NCBI RefSeq assembly: GCF_020745735.1
Contig: NC_083426.1
Location: forward strand, 55,845,660-55,909,659
From: Hemiscyllium ocellatum
Lineage: Eukaryota
DNA: 64,000 nucleotides
Direction: 5' to 3'
Under the pieces are notes generated by a model. It saw only the letters and a program-made list of their open reading frames with translations. It was not told the DNA's origin and did not search any database. Positions 23,343 to 35,214 of the stretch are shown here, in pieces. Position 1 is the stretch's first letter, and every line of letters starts with the position of its first letter. The translations under genes were made by a program, and so were the position numbers.

Positions 23343-24568
23343 GGGATAAGATTTATGAACATCTGGATAGGAATAACGTGATCAAGGATAGCCAGCATGG
23401 TTTTGTGAAGGGCAGGTCGTGCCTCACAAACCTTATTGAGTTCTTTGAGAAGGTGACTAAGGAAGTGGGCGAGGGTAGAGCAGTAGATGTTGTGTATATG
23501 GATTTTAGTAAGGCGTTCGATAAGGTTCCCCATGGTAGGCTAATGCTAAAACTACGGAGGTATGGCATTGAGGATACATTAGAGGTTTGGATTAGGAATT
23601 GGCTGGCTGGAAGGAGACAGAGGGTAGTAGTTGATGGACTATGTTCATCTTGGAGTGCAGTTACTAGCGGTGTACCACAAGGATCTGTTTTGGGACCATT
23701 GCTTTTTGTTATCTTTATAAATGATCTAGAGGAAGGGCTTGAAAGCTGGGTAAGCAAGTTTGCGGATGACACAAAAGTCGGTGGAGTTGTGGATAGTGAG
23801 GAAGGAAGTGGTAGGTTACAGCGGGATATAGATAAGTTGCAGAGCTGGGCAGAAATGTGGCAAATGGAATTCAATGTAGCTAAGTGTGAAGTCATTCACT
23901 TTGGTAGGAGTAACAAGAAGATGGATTACTGGGCTAATGGTAGGCTACTTGGTAGTGTGGATGAGCAGAGGGATCTTGGTGTCCATGTACACAGATCTCT
24001 GAAAGTTGCCACCCAGGTAAATAGTGCTGTGAGGAAAGCATATGGTGTACTGGGCTTTATTGGTAGAGGAATTGAGTTCCGGAGTCCTGAGGTCATGTTG
24101 CAACTGTATAAGACTCTGGTGCGGCCTCATCTGGAGTATTGTGTGCAGTTTTGGTCGCCATACTATAGGAAGGAAGTGGAGGCATTGGAACGAGTGCAGA
24201 GGAGGTTTACCAGGATGTTGCCTGGAATGGTAGGAAAATCTTATGAGGAAAGGCTGAGGCACTTGGGGCTGTTCTCATTGGAGAAGAGAAGGTTTAGGGG
24301 AGGTTTGATTGAGGTGTATAAGATGATTAGGGATTTAGATAGGGTCGACACTGAGAACCTTTTACCGCTAATGGAGTCAGGTGTTACTAGGGGACACAGC
24401 TTTAAATTAAGGGGTGGTAGGTATAGGACAGATGTTAGGGGTAGATTCTTTACACAGCGGGTTGTGAGTTCATGGAATGCCCTGCCAGTAGCAGTGGTGA
24501 ACTCTCCTTCTTTATGGTCATTTAAGCGGGCATTGGATAGGCATTTGGAAGTTATTGGGCTAGTGTAG
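23336..24568 (+). CDS. CR1 ORF2 C-terminal part (reverse transcriptase), frameshifted from the upstream ORF
   Basis: 410-aa ORF with [41 protein letters not shown]. Confidence 0.92.
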   Translation: MVRDKIYEHLDRNNVIKDSQHGFVKGRSCLTNLIEFFEKVTKEVGEGRAVDVVYMDFSKAFDKVPHGRLMLKLRRYGIEDTLEVWIRNWLAGRRQRVVVDGLCSSWSAVTSGVPQGSVLGPLLFVIFINDLEEGLESWVSKFADDTKVGGVVDSEEGSGRLQRDIDKLQSWAEMWQMEFNVAKCEVIHFGRSNKKMDYWANGRLLGSVDEQRDLGVHVHRSLKVATQVNSAVRKAYGVLGFIGRGIEFRSPEVMLQLYKTLVRPHLEYCVQFWSPYYRKEVEALERVQRRFTRMLPGMVGKSYEERLRHLGLFSLEKRRFRGGLIEVYKMIRDLDRVDTENLLPLMESGVTRGHSFKLRGGRYRTDVRGRFFTQRVVSSWNALPVAVVNSPSLWSFKRALDRHLEVIGLV

Positions 24569-24899
24569 GTTAGGTAGGATTCGGTCGGCGCAACATCGAC
24601 GGCCGAAGGGCCTGTACTGCGCTGTATCTTTCTATGTTCTATGTTCTATGTACGATTAAATAGACAATTAGAGCTAGTACTGACATGCTTTGAAAAATAG
24701 AGTTAACAACAATGATGTTGGTCCTGTCGAAATTGAGTCAGTGAAACCAGTAGCCATAAGTAGAGGGACAATTAATTGTGCAGGTATGCTCCAGGCCTGT
24801 CGATACAGGATATGTGTGACACATCAGAAATAGGTGGGAAATCAGGAAAACAAAAGGGGGTTAAGATATAAACAAAATGACAATCGTCAGTGAAGTGTT

Positions 24900-25050
24900 T
24901 TAGATTCGATTACTTACAGTGTGGAAACAGGCCCTTCGGCCCAACAAGTCCACACCGACCCGCCGAAGCGAAACCCACCCATACCCCTACATTTGTCCCT
25001 TACCTAACACGAGGGGCAATTTAGCATGGCCAATTCACCTGACCTGCATC
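24900..25050 (-). mobile_element. Partial HE1-like SINE 3' part
   Basis: ttagattcgattacttacagtgtggaaacaggcccttcggcccaac, as in the copies at 58231 and 59346. Confidence 0.7.
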
Positions 25051-25596
25051 CTGAACAAATAGCTGGAGCTCCTTGTTGACAACCCGGGATCGTGGTCAAC
25101 TTCATGCACGGATATTAAGAGATAAGCAACTCGAGAAATATTTCATACATTAGTTTTTCGCTTCCAAAATTTCCGAGATTCAAGGAATGTTCCAGTAGAT
25201 TGGAATATTGTGAATTAAAATTCATTATTAAAAAGGGAAGATATAGAAAGCAGAAAACTGCTTGTGAGTTAACTTAGCTTCGGGCATAGGGAATATATTA
25301 GAAGCTATTTTTCGGAAATATCAAGCCAATCAGGTGAAATTAATATTACTTTGTAATGGGAAAATCATACCTCCAGTTCATTGTAGGTTTTTGATGAATT
25401 GTCGCAGTTGATAAAGGAGGAGCAATGCATGCATTGTACTTATTTACAGGAATCATAGAAACATAGGAAAATAGTGACCAGGAGTAGGCTATACACATCA
25501 CTGAGTTTGTGACTCAATACAATCTTGGCTGATGACAGTCTGAAAATGTGTTGCTGGTTAAAGCGCAGCAGGTCAGGCAGCATCTAAGGAGCAGGA

Positions 25597-25633
25597 AACT
25601 CGATGTTTCGGGCATAAGCCCTTCATCAGGAAT
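25597..25633 (-). ncRNA. Minimal hammerhead motif, slightly decayed
   Basis: AUUC CUGAUGA A GGGC UUAU GCCC GAAA CAUC GAGU; stem III palindrome lost by a G-to-A change. Confidence 0.65.
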
Positions 25634-26041
25634 GAGGAAAGTGTGTCCAGCAGGCTAAGATAAAAGGTAGGGAGGAGGGACTTGGGGGAGGTGCTATGGA
25701 AATGTGATAGGTCTGTGCAGAGGAGATGACCTGGGGGGTGCAGTGAGAGAGAGACTCACTGAAATCCTTGCGCTTTAACCAGCAACCCATTTTCAGCTCT
25801 GATCTCCAGCATCTGCAGACCTCACTTTTTACTCGAAGATTTTAACCTACTGCAAATCCTCTTGCAAGGATGCCTTCCTTGAAGAAGCTCTCTTCCTCCC
25901 TCTACAAGGATTTCAGTGAGTCTCTCTCTCACTGCACCCCCCAGGTCATCTCCTCTGCACAGATCTATCACATCTCCATTGCCCCTCCCCCAAGTCCCTC
26001 CTCCCTACCTTTTGTCTTAGCCTGCTGGACACACTTTCCTC

Positions 26042-26077
26042 ATTCCTGATGAAGGGCTTATGCCCGAAACGTCGAAT
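26042..26077 (+). ncRNA. Minimal type I hammerhead ribozyme motif (intact)
   Basis: AUUC CUGAUGA A GGGC UUAU GCCC GAAA CGUC GAAU: stem I AUUC/GAAU, stem II GGGC/GCCC, palindromic ACGU stem III, predicted GUC cleavage after 26073. Confidence 0.85.
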
Positions 26078-26233
26078 TTCCTGTTACTTGGATGCTGCCT
26101 GACCTGCTGCGCTGTAACCAGCAACACGTTTTCAGCTCTGATCTCCAGCATCTGCAGTCCTCACTTTTTACTTGATGACAGTCTGCTGAACTTTCGCACC
26201 ACTCCCTCTCTGGTTGCCAAGGGAATTATGGGA

Positions 26234-26294
26234 AAAATAAATCTAAGAGACAGCATTCATTAAAAATAAATCTAAGAGACAGCATTCATTAAAA
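26234..26294 (+). repeat. 29-bp tandem duplication
   Basis: aaaataaatctaagagacagcattcatta twice. Confidence 0.9.
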
Positions 26295-27079
26295 GTCAGT
26301 TTTAAACATTAAAATTCAGCGTGGCTTTGGTGGAAGTGATATCATGTCGGATATGGTTGATACTGTTTTCCGAGGAGGCAATGAGATGTGTGGTTGAGTG
26401 TAAAAAAAATGGATGTAATCCTTCCTAACTTCAATCAGATTTTTGACAAGATTTTGCACCTTCAATAAATTAAGAGCACAGGGGATCCGATGCAATTTGG
26501 GAAATGCATCTGAACTTTATTTGGTACCAGAAGGCAGAGGGAAATGGTGGAAAGTCCAGTTTGTGAAGAAATCTTGTGTCTGGTGGTGTATTAAAATACT
26601 TTGGTACTGGATCCTTTGCTGATTGCAGTTAGATTAATGGTTTGGCCACGAAATAGCACTTTTGATCAGTAAGTTCAAAGATGAGGCGAAAAATCTATGG
26701 CTTTGTAATTAATCAGGAAGAAAGCCTTAGAATACAGCATTATATCGATGGCTTTGCTTGTGAGGCAGAAGAATTGAAAGTAGAATATTATCCTGAAGCC
26801 TGTGAAGTGAAGCGTTTTTAAGGACCATCACTTCAAGAGAATGTATGAGGTATGGTTGGAATCTATAAAATTCAAAGGATAAGCGGTCTTTTGCTGTGCA
26901 TATTCACATCACTGGGGGTGGGGTATGGTGGGGGAGGCGATGGTCTCGAGGTTTTGTTGCTAGACTAGTAATGCAGGAAACTCAGATCTAACTTTAATTC
27001 AAGACACTTGGGTCTAAGTTCTGCAGTGCTACTACATCAAGCTGTGAATTGTGGTGGATAATTAAACAACGCATCGAAA

Positions 27080-28345
27080 AACTAGGCTGCACAGATCTTA
27101 CCATCCTCCAAGGTGGAGAGCACAACACATCAGTGCAAAAGTTAGGAATGAAGCATTTGCAGCAATCTTCAGTTAGAAGTGCCAATTGTGTAATCCATCT
27201 CCACATCGTGGGGTTACTAATATGACAGATACCTGTCTTAAGCCAATCTGCTTCTCTCTCTACATGATATCAAGACATGCTGTGGGGCACTGGTTAAGGC
27301 AAATATTATGGTGCCTGACAAAATTCTGGCAACAATATTGATGACCAGTGCTAACCAAGTATTTCCAGTACAGATACAACACTGGCATCGACCCAACAAT
27401 GTGAAAAATAGGCCATAAATTCCCTGTGCACTGAAAATAGTTCAGACCAACCTGGAAAATGAATGCCCTATCAGTCCATGCTCAGTCATGATTTAGGTGT
27501 GGGAATATGCTATCAACAAAATGATCAAGCAGCACTCGCTCAGCAATAACCTGCTCAGTGACGCATAATGTGGGTTATGCAATGCCCATTCAACTCCTGA
27601 CCGAATTACAGACTTGATTTAAACAAGGAAAAAGAACCAAGTTCCAGAAATGAGGGGATAGTAAAACCCTTGACATTTAGGTCACATTAAGCCAGGTGTG
27701 ATATGATGACCCCTAGAAATTTTGGAATCAATGGGTATGGGGTGACAAACTCTCCGCTGCCTGGAATCAAACCTCACACATTGGAAGATAGTTCTGGTTG
27801 CTGGAGGTCAGTCTTCTCAGCCAAAGCACATCTCTGTTGGAGTTCGTAAAGGTAGTGTCTGATGTCCAATCGTCTTCAGCTGCTTCATCAATGACCTTCC
27901 CTCCATCATAAAATCAGAAGAGAGATCTGCACTGATGATAGCATAGTTTGTGATTTTTCACACACAAAAGTAATCTATTTTACAACAAGATCTGGAAAAT
28001 GTCCAGTCTAGGCTGATAAGTAGCAAGGGGCATTCACATGCCAAAAATGCCAGACAATGACCATTGTAAATAAGAGACAATATAATCAGAACACCTTAAC
28101 AGTGTTATCATCACTGAATACTTCACTATCAACATGCTGGTTCTTATTGTCAACTAGAAACTGAACTGGACACTCCATATAAACACAGTTTTCACAAGAG
28201 CAGACCAGATGCTAGGAAAACTGCAGCGAGTAACTCACCCTCCTGAATTCCAAAGCTAATCGACTCTCAAAAGGCAGAAGTCAGGAGTGTAATGGTATAC
28301 TTCACCACTTGACTGGATGGATGCATCTTCAACTACACTCAAGGA
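27080..28345 (+). mobile_element. Decayed CR1/L2-superfamily LINE RT region (distinct family)
   Basis: Recognisable remnants such as cttcagctgcttcatcaatgaccttccctccatcataa (F.INDL) and LINE C-terminal-like sequence; no long ORF. Confidence 0.55.
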
Positions 28346-28349
28346 GCTT

Positions 28350-28750
28350 GACATAGAGTCACAGAGTCATAGAGATGTACAACACAGAAACAGACCCTTC
28401 ATTCCAACCCGTCCATGCCGACCAAATATCCCAACCCAATCAGGTCCCACCTGCCAGCACCCGACCCATATCCCTCCAAACCCTTCTGATTCAACTGCCC
28501 ATCCAAATGCCTCTTTAATGTTGCAATTGTACCAGCCTCCACCACTTCCTCTGGCAGGTCATTCCTAACACTTACCACCCACCGTATGATAAAATCGCCC
28601 CTTAGGTCTCCTTTATATCTTTCCCCGCTCATCCTAAACCTATGCCCTCTAGTTCTGGACTCCTGGAGCCGAGGGAAAAGACTTTGCCTATTTATCCTAT
28701 CCATGCCCCTCATAATTTTGTAAATCTCTATAAGGTCACCCCTCAGCCTC
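28350..28750 (-). mobile_element. CR1 3'-end fragment
   Basis: ORF 28399-28713 (RWVVSVRNDLPEEVVEAG) and catagagtcacagagtcatagag tail. Confidence 0.85.
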
Positions 28751-31700
28751 AGAAAGTTAGAGGCAATGAGGAAAGGAAAGATAAGACAGGTAGGCAGTTA
28801 GTGCAGGAGTCTTCTACAGCTATCCTCACTTCAAACAAGCAAGCGGTTTTTGAAATTGTAGAGGGTGATGGATTCTCAGGGGAATGTAGCACAAATAGCC
28901 AATTTTCCGGTATCGAGACTGGCTCTAATGCGTTGAGGGTACTTTGGATTCCAAGAGATCAATTGTGTTTGGGGACTCTCTATTCCAAAGCACAGACAGA
29001 TGTTTCTGTGGCCAGCAACAAAAATCAGAATAGTGTGTTGCCTCCCTGGTGCCAGGATCAAGAATATCTCTGAGAGGGTGCAAAATGTTCTCAAGGGGCA
29101 TAAGGCCCAGCAGGAGGTCATAGTACACATTTGAACCAATGGCATAGGGAGGGAAAAGGATAAGATTCTGAAGGGAGACAATAGAAAGTCAGACAAGAAT
29201 TTAAAAAGGAGGTCATTGAGAGTAGTAATATCTGGAATACTCCTAGTGCTATGAGCTAGTGAGGGTAGGAATAGGAGGGTAGAGCAGATAAATGCATGAA
29301 TGAGGAGCTGGCGTATAGGAGAAGGAATCACATTGTTGGAACATTGGAATCTCTTCTGGAGTAGAAGTGACTTGTATGAGAAGGATACATTGCACCTAAG
29401 TTGGATGGGCATTAATGTACTGGCAGGGAGATTTGTGGGAGCTGCTCTGGAGAATTTAAACTAGTAAGGTGGGGAGGGGGTGGGGGATGGGGTTGGAGTG
29501 GTTGGACTCGGGGAGATAGTGAGGAAAGAAATCAATCTTAGACTGGTACAGTTGAGAACAGAAGTAAGTCAAGCAGTCAGGGTAGGCATGGAAAAAGCAA
29601 AGAACAAGGTAGAACTGATAAATTAAACTGCATTAATTTCAATGCAAGAGGCCAAACAGGGAAGGCAAATGAACCCAAGCTATGGTTAGGAACATGGGAC
29701 TGGAATATCACAGCAATTACAGAAACATGGCTCAGGGATGGACTGGACTGGACTGGCAGTTTAATGTTCCAGGATACAAATGCTACAGGAAGGAAAGAAA
29801 GGGAGTCAAGAGAGGAGGGGGAGTGGCGTTTTTGATAATGGATAGCATTACAGTGGTACTGAGGGAGAATATTCCCAGAAATGCATCCAGGGAAGTTATT
29901 TTGGTCGAACTGAGGAATAAGAAAGGGGTGATCGCCTATAGACTACCTGATAGTCAGTGTGAAATTGAGAAACAACTATGTAAGGAGACTTCAGTTACCT
30001 GAAAGAATAATGGGGTGGTTATGGTAGGGGATTTTAACTTTCCAAACATAGACTGGGACTGCCATAGTGTTAAGAGTTTAGATGGAGATGAATTTGTTAA
30101 GTGTGTACAAGAAAATTCAGTATATGAATGCACCAAATGTAGAAGGTGCAAAACTTGACCTACTCTTCGGAAATAAGGCAGGGCAGGTGACAGAGGTGTC
30201 AATGGGGGAGATCTTTGGGGCCAGTGACCATAAATTTATTAGTTTTGAAAGAGACGTGGAAAAGGATAGACCAGACCTAAAAGTTGAAGTTCTAAGTTGG
30301 AGGAAGGATAATTTTGACGGTATTAGGCAAGAACTTTCAAAAGCTGACTGGGGCAGATGTTCGCAGGTAAAGGGATGGCCAGAAAATGGGAAGCATTCAG
30401 AAATGGGATAATGAGAATCCAGGGACAGTTTATTCCTGTTAGGGCGAAAGGAAAGGCTGGTAGGTACAGGGAATGCTGGATGATTCAAGAAATTGAGGGT
30501 TTGGCTCAGAAAAAAGAAGAAAGGTATAAACAGGATAGATTGAGTGAATACTTAGAAGAGAATAAAGGCAGTAGGAGTATACTTAAGAGCATTTTGCATC
30601 AGTGTTTACTGTTGAAAAGGACATGGAAGGTACAGAATGTAGAGAAATAGATAGTGTCATCTTGAAAAATGTCCACATTACAGAACAAGATGTCCTGGAT
30701 GTCAGAGAGTCATAGAGATGTACAACACAGAAACAGACCCTTCGGTCCAACCTGTCCATGCTTACCAGATATCCCACCCAATCTAGTCCCACCTGCCAGC
30801 ACCCGACCCATATTCCTCCAAACCCTTCCTATTCATATACCTATCCAAATGCCTCTTAAATGTTGCAGTTGTACCAGCCTCCACCACTTTCTCTGGCAGC
30901 TTATTCCATACATGCACCACCCTCTGCGTGAAAATGTTGCCCCTTCATCTCTTTTATATCTTTCCCCTCTCAGCCTTAACCTATGCCTTCTAGTTCTGGA
31001 CTCCCTTACCCCAGGGAAAAGACTTAGCCTATTTATCCTATCCATGCCCCTCATAATTTTGTGAACTTATATAAGGTCACCCCTCAGCCTCCGACACTCC
31101 AGGGAAAACAGCCCCAGCCTCTTCAGCCTCTTCCTGTAGCTCAGATCCTCCAACTCTGGCAATATTCTTGTAATTTTTTTTAAACTGTCAAGTTTCACAA
31201 CATCTTTCTGATAGGGAGGAGACCAGAATTGCATGCAATATTCCAATAGTGGCCTAACCAATGTCCTGCACAGCCGCAACATGACCTCCCAACTCCTGTA
31301 CTCAATACTCTGACCAATAAAGGAAAGCATACCGACCACCTACTACACTAGCCTATCTACCTGCGACTCCACTTTCAAGGAGCTATGAACCTGCACTCTA
31401 AGGTCTCTTTGTTCAGCAACACTCCCTATGAGCTTACCATTAAGTGTACAATTCCTGGTAAAATTTACTTTCCCAAAATTCAGCGCCTCACATTTATCTG
31501 AATTATACTCCATCTGCCACATCTCAGCCCATGTCTTGAAATGCATAAAAGTATACAAATTCCCAGGACCTGATCAGCTGTGCCCTGGAACTCTGTGGGA
31601 AGCTAGAGAAGTGACTGCTGAGCCTCTTGTGTCATCGATAGTCACAGGTGAGGTGCTGAAAAAGTTGAGTTTGGTAATGTGGTAAGGACAAGACAGCGAC

Positions 31701-33105
31701 TATAGACCAGTGAGCCTGACGTAGGTGGTGGGCAAGTTGTTGGAGGGACTCCTGAGGGGTAAGATGTACATGTATTTGGAAAGGCATGGACTGATTATCC
31801 ATAGTCAACATGGCTTTGTGCGTTGGAAATCATGTCTCACAATCTTGATTGAGGTTTTTGAAGAAATAACAAAAAGAATTGGTGAGGGCAGAGTGGTGAA
31901 CATGATCTATATGGACTTCAGTAAGGTGTTCGACAAGGTTCCCCATGAAAGACTGGTTAGCAAGATTAGAGCTCATGGAATACAGGGAGAACTAGCCATT
32001 TGGATACAGAACTGGCTCCAAGGTAGTAGGCAGACGGTGGTGGAGGAGGGTTGTTTTTCAGACTGGAGGCCAGTGGCCAGTGGAGTACCACTGGGATTGG
32101 TGATGGGTCCACTATGTTTCGTCATTTATATAAATGATTTGGATGTGAGCATAAGAGGAATAGTTAGTAAGTTTGCAGATGACACCAACATTGGAGGTGT
32201 CGTGGACAGTGAAGAAGGTTACCTCAGATTACAACAGTATCTTGATCAGATGGGCCAATGGGCTGAGGACTGTCAGATGGAGTTTACTTTAGATAAATGC
32301 GAAGTGCTACATTTTGGGAAAGCAAATCTTACCTGTGCTTATACACTTAATGGTAAGATTCTAGGGAGTGTTACTGAACAAAGAGACATTGGAGTGCAGG
32401 TTCATAGCTGCTTGAAAGTAGAGTCACAAGTAGATAGGATAGTGAAGAAGGCATTTGGTATGCTTTCCTTTATTGGTCAGAGTACTGAGTATAGGGGTTA
32501 GGATATCATATTGTCACTGTACAGGACATTGGTTAGGCCACTATTGGAATATTGCATGCAATTCTGGTCTCCTTTCCCTCAGAAGAATGGTTTGAAACTC
32601 GAGAGGGTTCAGAAAAGATTTACAAGGATGTTGCCAGGATTGTAGGATTTGAGCTATTGGGAGAGGCTGAACAGGATGGGGCTGTTTTCCCTGGAGCATT
32701 GGAGTCTGAGGGGTGATCTTGTAGAAATTTATAAAATCATGAGGGGCATGGATAGAGTAAATGGACAACATCTTTTCCCTGGCGTGGGTGAGTGCAGAAC
32801 CACAGGGCATAGTTTTAGGTGAGAGTGGAAAGATATAAAAGATAACTAAGGGGCAACGCTTTCACACAGAGGGTGGTGCATATGTAGAATGAGCTGTCAG
32901 AAGAAGTGGTGGAGGCTGGTACAATTGCAACATTGAAAAAGCATCTGGATGGATACATAAATAGGAAGGGTTTGAAGGGATATGGATCAGGTGCTGGCAG
33001 GTGGGCCTAGATTGGATTGGGTTATCTGGTCTGTATGGATATGGATTTTGACCGAAGGGTCTGTTTCTGTGCTGTACATCCCTATCACTCTTTGACTCTA
33101 TAACT
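28751..33105 (+). mobile_element. Long decayed CR1 LINE (ORF1 esterase, endonuclease, RT, 3' tail)
   Basis: ORF1-like sequence 28900-29460, endonuclease 29620-30400, RT ORF 31725-32501 (YMDFSKVFDKV, KFADD), tail at ~33085-33105. Confidence 0.85.
30704..31530 (-). mobile_element. CR1 3' fragment nested antisense in the preceding CR1
   Basis: Host reads gatgtcctggatgtc|ttgaaatgc across the insert; 5-bp duplication atgtc at 30699-30703 and 31531-31535. Confidence 0.85.
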
Positions 33106-34349
33106 CTTCTTTAAAACCCATGAAGCATTTATGTAAATAAACAGGAATAGACGTCTCAAAAATGATTATAGGACAAGAAAATCCTAGTTTGTATTTACCC
33201 ACAAGCACAGCACGCGAATAATGGCAAATTGCAAATAACTCATTTTTCTACATAACATGAAGTCAACAACGTATCCTCTCAGCCAAATCCATTCAATTCT
33301 TTCCCGAGAGATTTGAATCCTTAGAGCAATATTTTCTCAAACACTTGTCTGACTATTAAGTGAACTGGAAGTGCTTGATGGGAACACACGGAAGTTCTCT
33401 GCTCAGCATCTCAGCTGTAATGTATCAAAGCTGCGAGGCTTTAGTCTGTTATTGTTAAAATGACTTTTCATTGTATCTCACCAGTATTATTCTTAGCTGA
33501 AGAATGTTTGATGGCTCAGTGTGATGCATATTTAGTTTATAGTTAACTCCTGCTAAAAAATCTCTGGGAATGTTTAATATTAAAGTGAAGAGGGAGGTTA
33601 ATTCTGTATCGAGTGTATTGTACATACGCTGAGGGTGTTTTCCCTGTGGATTCAACTCTACTGTGCAGCTTAACTAAATGTGTTTGACAAGATTGCACAG
33701 CACAACGTAGTGAAAGATTTACCCGTCGCATACGTGAGCTGTACAATCATGGAAAACATTAGGTGTAACAGTGTAAAGGGATTTGAACCATTACCATTAT
33801 CTTCTTGATTTCGGAATGTTGATACAAGAATGAACATGGAACATAGCTGTGCATTGAACTTTGCTATACACTTAGACAATAATCTATGGGCACTGACACA
33901 AATAGACACATAAACACACACACATGCAAAATGTCTTTTAACAAGTCTTGCAGTATTTAATAAATGAGCACTGAGACAGCTTTTATATGTGATGTGTGTA
34001 ATATGTGCGTATTCCATGCCCCAGAAGCCTACAGTGTGTGAGATAGGGTGGTTTACATATAGTTTTAATCTCCTCTACAGTAGCCTTCGTGGTATTTGAC
34101 TAATATTCAACAGAACTGAAGGGTTATAAGTGAAGTCTCTGCATTAGGGAAATAATGCAACGCCACAAAAGAGGGAGAAAGGTGATCTGTCGAGACTTGT
34201 CTTCATTCATGAGGAAGAGGAATTGAAGCACTGGGCTGTTCTTGTAAAAGATGAAATTGAGGAAAATTTAAGTAAGAGCTATCATAATTCTGAAAAGACT
34301 AACTTAGAGCTAAAGTCAATTGTAAGGAACCAGACGAAGGTGAACATGA

Positions 34350-34500
34350 GGACAGCAGATGCTGGAGATCAGAGTCAAGATTCGAGTGGTGCTGGAAAAG
34401 CACAGTAGGTCAGGCAGCATCCGAGGAGCAGGAAAATTGATGTTTCAGGCAAAAGTCCTTCATCAGGAATGAGACAGGGAGTCTCCAGGGTGGGAGGGGG
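34350..34500 (-). mobile_element. Family-1 Penelope-derived short element with decayed hammerhead motif
   Basis: Minus strand attcctgatgaaggacttttgcctgaaacatcaatt at ~34436-34471, with the ggatgctgcctgacct arm. Confidence 0.7.
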
Positions 34501-35214
34501 CTGTGGCTGGGGAGAGAGTAGCTAAGAGTGATGCAGATCATTCAGCAAATGAAGTTGGGTCTTTCATTTAATGACATCATGGATGAACTAATAATTCTCA
34601 CCTCCACTTTTCAGCCTTTTCCCCAGAAGCATACCGTATCAAAATTTGTCCATTCCACCCTTGAAAATACTGAATGACTCAACCTCAACAGTCTGCTGTG
34701 GTAAAAACTCCCAGAGATTCACTGCACTCTGGGAGAGGACATTCTCTTCTGCCTTAAGTTTGTAACATCTAGTTCATACAGCCAGTCCTAGACTTTCCCA
34801 CAAGACATAGGGACTGAAATTAAGCATTTCAGTCCGTTAGTCTGCTCTGCCATTCAATGATGGCTGATAAATTTTTCAACGCCATGCCCTCCCATAACCC
34901 TTGATCCCTTTGATACTCAAGAACCTATCGATGTTAATTTTAAATATACTCAATGACCTGGTCTCCCACAAGGGGAAACAACCTTTCTGCATACAACCCA
35001 TCAAGTTTTCTGAAAACAACAGATATTTCAGAATGTCAGTACTGAATCTTCTTTGTTCCAATTAGTGCAGGCCCAAACTACTCAAGCTCTGCTCTCAAGG
35101 CAGTCCCTCCATCCTCAGGATCAGTCCACTGAACCTCATGTGGATTGTCTCACATTCCAGTCTATCTTGCCTTTGATCTGTGTCTCAGAACAGTTCACAG
35201 TATTTCAGTGTAGT

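Larger units (their letters stand above)
21365..24651 (+). mobile_element. Near-intact CR1 LINE (partial ORF1 esterase + ORF2)
   Basis: SGNH-like ORF1 remnant (DNWGSFWGRWDLYKKDGLHLN), ORF2 endonuclease + RT with a single frameshift, (ctatgtt)n tail at 24632-24651. Confidence 0.95.
25541..26172. mobile_element. Penelope-derived non-autonomous element with ~230-bp inverted repeats and two oppositely oriented hammerhead motifs
   Basis: Arms ~25541-25770 and ~25905-26135 are inverted; 13-bp TSD tgatgacagtctg at 25530-25542 and 26173-26185. Confidence 0.88.

Noticed and set aside
33110-34340. Possible gene in this apparently non-repetitive stretch
   Set aside because: No ORF or exon with recognisable homology on either strand
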